From Bacteroidales bacterium (GTDB taxonomy: Bacteria > Bacteroidota > Bacteroidia > Bacteroidales > JAFGHD01), in contig JAFGHD010000130.1 in the NCBI GenBank assembly GCA_016939365.1, positions 2,707 through 66,706 of the forward strand: DNA of 64,000 nt, written 5' to 3'. The notes below the pieces were generated by a model. It ran no database searches. It was not told where the DNA came from and saw only the letters and a program-made list of their open reading frames with translations. Below, piece after piece: positions 58,654 through 64,000 of the stretch (its first letter is position 1; each line of letters begins with the position of its first letter). Both the position numbers and the translations under genes were made by a program.

Positions 58654-60615
58654 ATGTTATCAGAGCATCTTATCCATGCGCTGGGCTGGACCCTGGTGCA
58701 TTCGTTCTGGCAGATCGCGCTCGTGGCGCTGATCCTGAAAGGGGCATGGTGGTTCCTGCGCAAAGGCCCTCCCGGTGTCAGGGTGATACTGGGGTATGCG
58801 GCCCTGGCCATGATCCTGGCCGGAACGTTGGTCACATTCCACACTGTTTACAAGACTACAGCAGCAATGGAAACGGTGATAGCCGGGCCGTCGTGGATAC
58901 TCCCGGGAGAGGCCGGGGTTCTGAATGCCGGCTATCCCGCACAGGAGCCTGTGGAAAGCCTGTTTCAGAGGGGGGGATGGTTCGTGCAGCAGTATCTTGA
59001 TGAACTGGTGATCTGCTGGCTGGCCGGGATGCTCCTTTTCATGATCCGCCTGACTGGAGGCATGGTGTGGGTCGCAAGAATCAGGTCGCAAGGACGCAGG
59101 CAGCTGGGACAGGTATGGCAGGAAAGGATTGTGCGGCTGCAAAACAAGATGGGTGTCAGGAAAACCGTCCGGATGTACGGAAGCCTCCGCGTCAAAGTAC
59201 CGTTGGTGGCTGGCCATCTCAGGCCGGTGATACTGGTTCCCCTCGGCATGGTGGCCGGATTGCCGGTGGATCAGATGGAAGCGATCCTGTTGCACGAACT
59301 GGCCCATATCAGAAGGCATGATTACCTGCTGAATGTGATCAAATCAATCCTGGAGGCCGTATTCTTCTACCATCCCGCCTTCTGGTGGATCAGCCGGATC
59401 ACCGATGAGGCCAGGGAACATTGCTGCGATGATATGGCGCTCGCTTGCTGCAGCGATAAAGATTCGTTGCCGAAGGCATTGCTTGCCATCGAAGAATCGC
59501 TGTCGGGATCACCGGTCATTGCAGCGGCCGTGTCGGGAAGATCAAACAAACTCCTAAATAGAATCCGCCGTATGAGAACAAATTCAGGTCTGCGTCAGGG
59601 AATGCCCAAGACATGGGCCGTCCCGCTCCTCCTGATGGCCGGGGTGTTCACGGTCATCCTCCACAGTGCATTTGCTCCCCGGCCGGCCGAACAGGTGGGT
59701 CCTTCATCCGCCGCCATTCCGGGAGAGATCCGCTTCACCCACACTGTTCTGCAGCCTGTACCGGCAGAAAAACCTGAACTGCCTGCAACCGTAATTGAAG
59801 AACCTCAGGGCAATGAAGCACTTGAAAGCGTTTTTCCTCCAGACACCCTGAAAGACCGGTCCCGGGGTACCGTGCAGATCCAGCTGGACAGGGAGGGCAA
59901 CCTGGTGAGTGTGACCATTGACGGTCAGCCCGCATCAGAGGAAGAATTCAACAGGTATCAAAAGCTTCTGGGCAAACACGCGGAGGTGGAACAGATCGAA
60001 AAAGCACGGGAGGCCCTTGAGAGATCGAGGGAACAGATAGAAACGGCCCGCGGGCAATACCATAAGGCCATGGAGGCATACCGGGAAGCCCTCAGGAGAT
60101 CAGACAGCAGCCTTTACCGCCTGCAGTGGATCATTCCCGGATTTCCGCATTACCTTCCGGATGAAGGCCTCCTGCTTCTGCACGATACGCTTGCCGCAGG
60201 TATGTTCCCGGATGGCCATATGCTGTGGATACCGGAACCCGAGGAGCCCAGGCTGAGGGAACTGTATGTGATCCCTGAAAGGGACCGTGACACACGCATC
60301 GACATCCTCCGTGACCGGGACATTGACCGGATCGAAGACCTGGCCGGCATTGAAGCAATCCGGGAACCGGAATTGTTATTTCATAACGGCGAGCTGTCCC
60401 ATATCAAGGTCTTCGAAACGGTGGCGAGGGTGCAGCTCGTTCAGGATCATATTATCCGCAACGGGCAGGACCTCTACCTGGAGCTCTCCAGAGACAAGAT
60501 GAAAGTCAACGGGAAAAAGCAACCGGAAGAGGTGAGGGACAAATACCTCCGGCTCTACGTATCAATTACCGGTAAAAAGATCAAGAGAAACCAGGAGATC
60601 GTTATTGAGGATTAG
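58654..60615 (+). CDS. BlaR1-like M56 peptidase signal transducer with a non-PBP C-terminal region
   Basis: N-terminal TM segments followed by the zinc motif LHELAHIRRHD. After the last TM segment (WAVPLLLMAGVFTVIL) about 320 aa contain a coiled coil (EQIEKAREALERSREQIETARGQYHKAMEAYREALRR). I saw no K-T/S-G beta-lactam-sensor motif. Confidence 0.8.
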   Translation: MLSEHLIHALGWTLVHSFWQIALVALILKGAWWFLRKGPPGVRVILGYAALAMILAGTLVTFHTVYKTTAAMETVIAGPSWILPGEAGVLNAGYPAQEPVESLFQRGGWFVQQYLDELVICWLAGMLLFMIRLTGGMVWVARIRSQGRRQLGQVWQERIVRLQNKMGVRKTVRMYGSLRVKVPLVAGHLRPVILVPLGMVAGLPVDQMEAILLHELAHIRRHDYLLNVIKSILEAVFFYHPAFWWISRITDEAREHCCDDMALACCSDKDSLPKALLAIEESLSGSPVIAAAVSGRSNKLLNRIRRMRTNSGLRQGMPKTWAVPLLLMAGVFTVILHSAFAPRPAEQVGPSSAAIPGEIRFTHTVLQPVPAEKPELPATVIEEPQGNEALESVFPPDTLKDRSRGTVQIQLDREGNLVSVTIDGQPASEEEFNRYQKLLGKHAEVEQIEKAREALERSREQIETARGQYHKAMEAYREALRRSDSSLYRLQWIIPGFPHYLPDEGLLLLHDTLAAGMFPDGHMLWIPEPEEPRLRELYVIPERDRDTRIDILRDRDIDRIEDLAGIEAIREPELLFHNGELSHIKVFETVARVQLVQDHIIRNGQDLYLELSRDKMKVNGKKQPEEVRDKYLRLYVSITGKKIKRNQEIVIED

Positions 60616-60870
60616 ATCCCCATACCCTTGAGAGGCCACAAGTGATCCGCCTCACCCACCTTGCCCACTTCTCCGTCCCGGAGAGGGGGGAATTTTTCCC
60701 TCTAAAATGCCCGGATTGCAAATCCGCGCCGGCAGGAGCAGTTCACCCGCCTTGTCCTCCGAAGCTCTTTCAAACAGGACGATGGACGACCTGAATGTTG
60801 AAACCATGGCCTCTGGGTTGTTCATATACTGACAAAATCAGACTGTTTAAATTTGTAAATCTGACTTCCG

Positions 60871-61833
60871 TCAGTATAATTCAATTAGCTTCGATTTTTC
60901 AATGATAAGGGCTTTGAACTTTTCTTTCAGGTCGGTGGGCAGGAAACTTTGATCAATAAAACCAGCCCATTCAGGCAGGAGTTTTTTATACTTCATGAAG
61001 ATGTTTTCAATCACTTTATGATTCATAGCGGCCCCTCTCATGGCAATCTGGAAATCATTCCTTGATATTTCCTTCTTCCTGCCGTTTAAATTCAATGCAA
61101 CTTCTTCATCATCTTCTTCCACAACCAATGCTGATGCTACCAGATCGTAGGCAGGACATAAATTGTAATCCGTTCCTGTTTTCAACAAGGAGAAATTCTT
61201 GAGATGCATATCATTATTGCCAGTCAGGAAGCAGAAAAGAACTGTTTCGTAGAAATTGGTCACATCCAGTCCCGGATTGACGCTGAATTTCTTTATCGCC
61301 TTTGCTATTTGTTCGTATGATCCTTTGTATTTGTGCTCTGTAAGTCTCTCCGTCAACTGGCACATGTCTTCCATGTGGAGTTTATTGCCTTTTCCCCGGT
61401 CTATCCGTTTCGTTAAATAGGCCAGCTGACCGCTTTTCATCCTGATTAATGTGTGGTCTACGGTTCTGATCCCGCTTATCCCGGCCAGATGCATTGTCAC
61501 ATCTTCAATCTCGGGCAAATTTCGGTATGTCCCCGCTTGTGGTTTTAATATGTATTCTCCCCACAATCCTACAATTGTGAACCGGTCAGGTAATACCGTA
61601 TCCCTGGTAATGCCAAGAGATAATTTGGGTTGAACCCCGGTTATGGTTTTATGGCTTTTTATGACATATACTGCCAGTTCGGGTATCTGTTCTTCAGTAA
61701 AATTCAACTCCGGAGGAGTTGTTTTCCCGAAAAACTTCCGGCAGCATTTTTCATGATATCCCTGTGACCCGGCTTTTGTTTTCATTTCTTCCGGATCAAT
61801 TACATTGTAGCAGTAGTAACATCTATTGTTCAT
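60871..61833 (-). CDS. HipT-like Ser/Thr kinase toxin (HipA C-terminal kinase core) with N-terminal Cys/His cluster
   Basis: 320 aa. Gly-rich loop TITGVQPKLSL, catalytic loop NNDMHLKNFSLL and Mg-binding PAYDLVAS. N-terminal cluster CYYCYN...x18...HEKCC. Low GC. Confidence 0.8.
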   Translation of the reverse strand: MNNRCYYCYNVIDPEEMKTKAGSQGYHEKCCRKFFGKTTPPELNFTEEQIPELAVYVIKSHKTITGVQPKLSLGITRDTVLPDRFTIVGLWGEYILKPQAGTYRNLPEIEDVTMHLAGISGIRTVDHTLIRMKSGQLAYLTKRIDRGKGNKLHMEDMCQLTERLTEHKYKGSYEQIAKAIKKFSVNPGLDVTNFYETVLFCFLTGNNDMHLKNFSLLKTGTDYNLCPAYDLVASALVVEEDDEEVALNLNGRKKEISRNDFQIAMRGAAMNHKVIENIFMKYKKLLPEWAGFIDQSFLPTDLKEKFKALIIEKSKLIELY

Positions 61834-62152
61834 TATCCTCGTGAGGTTGTACAGATACTGCGCCTATGCAATCGTTACATGTTTTCAGAAGAATACTCAT
61901 CCTGTCTCTGGGATCCAATTTCCAGTTTTTTTGCGCTATATCCAATAACCATCCTTCCGGGATCAGGCCATCAAAAAAGGGAAAAAGTACTTTACTGTGG
62001 TAGGGTTGTCCGGTTAACGGCAGTGTTAAACTTATCGACTCTGCTTCAGGATTTTCCAGATACGACTTTTCATACTGAAAGTAATATCCGTTTTCATCCT
62101 CGGTCAGTACTCCCGCCAAATCGTTGTACATAAATACTTTAGCTCTCTTCAT
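61823..62152 (-). CDS. HipS-like protein (stand-alone HipA N-terminal subdomain)
   Basis: Start taken at Met 62152 (MKRAKVFMYNDLAGVLTEDENGYYFQYEKSY), a typical couple_hipA N-terminus. FFDGLIPEGW motif. Overlaps the kinase start by 11 nt. Confidence 0.75.
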   Translation of the reverse strand: MKRAKVFMYNDLAGVLTEDENGYYFQYEKSYLENPEAESISLTLPLTGQPYHSKVLFPFFDGLIPEGWLLDIAQKNWKLDPRDRMSILLKTCNDCIGAVSVQPHEDNEQ

Positions 62153-62351
62153 CCCGTTCAGTTTTAACCGGGCCAAGTTCATGACCAAACAGGGAAAGCA
62201 CCTGATTCACCTTATCCATCATCAGGGATTGTTTTCCTTGTTCCAGGTCCCGCACAAACCTCAGTCCGACGCCTGCTTTAAACGAAAGGTCTTCTTGTGT
62301 AAGCCCGAGACCCTTACGTTTTTCCTTTACAAATTGACTTAGTTTATTCAT
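62139..62351 (-). CDS. hipB: HipB-like XRE-family HTH regulator
   Basis: 70 aa. FVKEKRKGLGLTQEDLSFKAGVGLRFVRDLEQGK is a Cro/C1-type HTH. First gene of the three-gene operon. Confidence 0.8.
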   Translation of the reverse strand: MNKLSQFVKEKRKGLGLTQEDLSFKAGVGLRFVRDLEQGKQSLMMDKVNQVLSLFGHELGPVKTERDEES

Positions 62352-62360
62352 TGTTTATTT

Positions 62361-62496
62361 ATACCCGTTCGGGTGCAAATATACTGATTAATTTTAAAAT
62401 ATACCCCTTCAGGTATAAAAAGTGTATTTGTCTCGTTATTATACCCTTTTGGGTATATTATTGGCGAATTTATTAAAACTATACCCGATCAGGTAT
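62361..62496. promoter_or_regulatory. Four phased dyad operators (ATACCC-N4-GGGTAT type) plus a -7 box upstream of hipB
   Basis: The four sites are ATACCCgttcGGGTGC (62361-62376), ATACCCcttcAGGTAT (62401-62416), ATACCCttttGGGTAT (62441-62456) and ATACCCgatcAGGTAT (62481-62496). Their start positions are exactly 40 bp apart. The minus strand reads TATATTTG (plus 62376-62383), a TAnnTTTG box abutting site 1 and 25-32 nt from the hipB ATG. Confidence 0.65.
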
Positions 62497-62615
62497 TGTA
62501 TGTCGGAGGAAACAGGAGGTGACTTGAGACATACTATTTCTTTAGAAATGAATGTATGAAACAGCTGTCATGATGGGCGGAAGCCCGCTGTCTTCTCTTG
62601 TCTTCATCCCCCCGT

Positions 62616-62704
62616 CCCATGAAGCTCCGTTCAGGGCAGGCCCATGTGGCTTCACACAGGACAGGCCCATGCAGCTTCGCGCAGGGCAGGCCCGAAGGCA
62701 TGAG
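62616..62704 (+). repeat. 25-bp tandem direct repeat, 3 full copies plus a partial
   Basis: The copies are CCCATGAAGCTCCGTTCAGGGCAGG (62616-62640), CCCATGTGGCTTCACACAGGACAGG (62641-62665) and CCCATGCAGCTTCGCGCAGGGCAGG (62666-62690). They are followed by a partial copy, CCCGAAGGCATGAG. Confidence 0.7.
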
Positions 62705-62888
62705 TAGGTGTGAGATCGGTTTATATCAACCTGGAAAGTAGTAATTTTAAAACAATAATTTCAATTACCCTGCCCAGGGTGCCCAGTGAAAAGTTAAAAG
62801 TTCATAAAGTAAAAAGATAGCTGTGTGTCAATATTTAAGCAGCCCGGGTGCTTTAAACTTTTCACTTTATAAACTTTCTACTCGTCAT

Positions 62889-62917
62889 AGGGCAGGCCCA
62901 TGCAGCTTTGCGCAGGA
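62889..62917 (+). repeat. Solo copy of the same 25-bp unit
   Basis: agGGCAGG-CCCATGCAGCTTTGCGCAGGA differs from copy 3 by 2 nt over the unit and keeps the GGCAGG junction of a preceding unit. Confidence 0.6.
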
Positions 62918-62960
62918 TAAATCCATCTGACCGGCAGATGACCGGCTCACATAGATTTTG

Positions 62961-62968
62961 TAAATTTG
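62961..62968 (+). promoter_or_regulatory. Candidate -7 promoter box for the small ORF / AbiEii-like pair
   Basis: TAAATTTG matches TAnnTTTG and lies 20-27 nt upstream of ATG 62988. Confidence 0.35.
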
Positions 62969-62987
62969 AAAATGCATAGGCTGACCA

Positions 62988-63221
62988 ATGAAGACCGACG
63001 GATTTCAGAGGTATATATTCAGCAGTTACTCCAGGGATGCGGATCTGCCCGAAGTGATCATTGCCCGGCAGGTGATATTGTTCGGCGAGTTCGGCGACAT
63101 GATTCTGATGACCAGAAGATTGGATCGTGCACTGATCCAAAGTGTGCTGAACTCACTGAAACAGTCAAACCGGTTCCAGAAAAGGATAAACTTTGTTCAA
63201 AAAGTAATTCTGGACGAATGA
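62988..63221 (+). CDS. Small hypothetical protein, candidate cognate antitoxin
   Basis: 77 aa with a plausible amphipathic/hydrophobic pattern (PEVIIARQVILFGEFGDMILMT...ALIQSVLNSLKQ). Its stop (63219-63221) overlaps the ATG at 63218 of the downstream gene (ATGA coupling). A candidate promoter lies directly upstream. No family recognised. Confidence 0.4.
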   Translation: MKTDGFQRYIFSSYSRDADLPEVIIARQVILFGEFGDMILMTRRLDRALIQSVLNSLKQSNRFQKRINFVQKVILDE

Positions 63222-63880
63222 AGGGCTTTGATCCTGATTACATGCCTGAACCAACGAGGAAGGTTTTCAGAAAGCTCTCCGGACTCCCTTTTATCAGCAC
63301 CTACACACTGGTTGGAGGGACAGCACTGGCCATGCAGATCCGCCACCGGTTATCAGAGGATCTGGATTTCATCCTTGATGGGCAGAAGCTCAGCAGCGCC
63401 TCCCTGAAAAGAAATATGGGCAGGCACTTCCCGGATTTCAGAATTATCAGGGAGGATGAAAGCGACCAGGTAGATTTTGTCATCGACACCATCAGGGTCA
63501 CCTTCTTCTCTTCCGGGGCCGTCATGATACCCTTTGAAGTGAAGCCGCATGCCAGGAGCTATAAGAAGGTCAATATCGCATCACCCGAAATCATTGGTGT
63601 CCTGAAACTTTCGGCCATATCACAAAGAAATACCTTCAGGGATTATTATGACCTGTATATGCTGGCAAAACACCATATCCCCCTGGAGCAACTGATACGG
63701 CAGACAAAAGAGTTGAATCCCGGCCTCTCCTCCATAACCTATTCTGAAACAATGATCTACACGAGGGACTTGGCGGAAGATTCAATCGCAAACCATCTGT
63801 CGCCCGCTGAAACAGTAACCAAAGAAGATATTTCCGGTTTTTTTGTCCGGGAACTGAGAAGGATCAGAGATGTGATTTAA
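63218..63880 (+). CDS. AbiEii/AbiGii-like nucleotidyltransferase toxin family protein
   Basis: Start at ATG 63218 (MKGFDPDYMPEPTRKVF). The Pol-beta-type NTase motif LVGGTALAMQIRHRLSEDLDFIL (G-G-x13-D-L-D) is typical of DUF1814/AbiEii. The track's upstream extension (TTG 62966) encodes Cys/Arg-rich, non-protein-like sequence. Confidence 0.75.
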   Translation: MKGFDPDYMPEPTRKVFRKLSGLPFISTYTLVGGTALAMQIRHRLSEDLDFILDGQKLSSASLKRNMGRHFPDFRIIREDESDQVDFVIDTIRVTFFSSGAVMIPFEVKPHARSYKKVNIASPEIIGVLKLSAISQRNTFRDYYDLYMLAKHHIPLEQLIRQTKELNPGLSSITYSETMIYTRDLAEDSIANHLSPAETVTKEDISGFFVRELRRIRDVI

Positions 63881-64000
63881 GGGCCATCCGTCTTTTCCAG
63901 GAAACTTCTGATCCCGGCGGCTTTCTTCTTACCGATCCCGTCCACCTCCATCATCTGCCCGGGTGAGGAGTTGACGACTGCCTGCACTGAGCCGAAACGC
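63877..64000 (-). CDS. Partial CDS (C-terminal 40 codons): helix-hairpin-helix protein, UvrC-like C-terminus
   Basis: Not in the ORF track because it runs off the window. The reverse strand reads RFGSVQAVVNSSPGQMMEVDGIGKKKAAGIRSFLEKTDGP-stop. The FGS...(x)...V.GIG.K.A..I pattern is the (HhH)2 tail typical of UvrC. The stop codon overlaps the AbiEii-like stop. Confidence 0.45.
   Translation of the reverse strand, partial: RFGSVQAVVNSSPGQMMEVDGIGKKKAAGIRSFLEKTDGP

Noticed and set aside
60690-60716. Hairpin AGAGGG...CCCTCT considered as a terminator for blaR1 or hipT
   Set aside because: The stem is only 6 bp with a G/T-rich loop, and there is no T tract on either strand.
62616-62704. Possible CRISPR array
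   Set aside because: The 25-bp units are directly adjacent with no spacers. There are only three and a half of them, they are mutually diverged, and no cas genes are present.
62862-63140. 92-aa minus-strand ORF across the solo repeat and small ORF
   Set aside because: It has no promoter or partner logic, it spans a repeat copy, and its composition is unconvincing. It conflicts with the plus-strand operon model.
62966-63217. Upstream extension of the AbiEii-like ORF (TTG 62966) giving a 304-aa protein
   Set aside because: The extension is Cys/Arg/Asp-rich and non-protein-like, and it begins at a TTG inside the candidate -7 box. The alternative frame gives a more plausible 77-aa ORF coupled by ATGA to the ATG at 63218.
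1-64000. Looked for rRNA, tRNA, tmRNA, riboswitch-like leaders, integrases, transposases and IS terminal repeats
   Set aside because: No intergenic segment shows tRNA cloverleaf features or rRNA-like sequence, and no ORF has recombinase or transposase motifs. This was a visual scan only, and a covariance-model search could still find small RNAs.

Overview
The window reads as a stretch of Bacteroidota chromosome. Evidence: type IX secretion (T9SS) C-terminal sorting domains on several secreted proteins, TAnnTTTG-type -7 promoter boxes, many ATGA-coupled operons, and LytTR/BlaI/TetR regulators. Spot counts put most of it at about 55-60% G+C. I support about 55 protein genes and recognised no rRNA, tRNA, CRISPR array, integrase or transposase. 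All family names come from motif recognition by eye; no database search was possible.

Most content is housekeeping or envelope biology:
- a TPR / DUF4292-like / EnvC-like trio and an M16 peptidase
- a LytS/LytTR two-component pair
- OmpA/TPR genes and two lytic transglycosylases
- a TetR-TolC-HlyD-ABC-ABC-ABC2-ABC2 (YbhGFSR-like) efflux operon
- tatA, mtnA, tag, umuC plus an SRAP (SOS-response-associated peptidase) gene, and metG
- the yceD-rpmF-plsX-fabH operon, an M14 peptidase, a YfcC-type transporter and a BlaI/BlaR1-like pair

Four large T9SS/PKD cargo-like proteins are present. They are a PPAD/agmatine-deiminase-like enzyme, a giant YVTN beta-propeller protein, and two tandem FG-GAP paralogs.

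Two short low-GC islets (about 37-40% in spot counts) stand out. Each sits between the 3' ends of convergent host genes.
- Islet 1 (34946-38155) holds two tandem P-loop NTPase + winged-helix (wHTH) genes with no recognisable effector, plus an unusual repeat-rich leader. I rank this as the best candidate for an undescribed conflict/defence module.
- Islet 2 (60616-63880) holds a tripartite HipB/HipS/HipT-like toxin-antitoxin operon and an AbiEii-like nucleotidyltransferase. The Hip operon is preceded by four dyad operators spaced exactly 40 bp apart. The nucleotidyltransferase has a small, translationally coupled upstream ORF. The two modules are separated by a 25-bp tandem repeat array.
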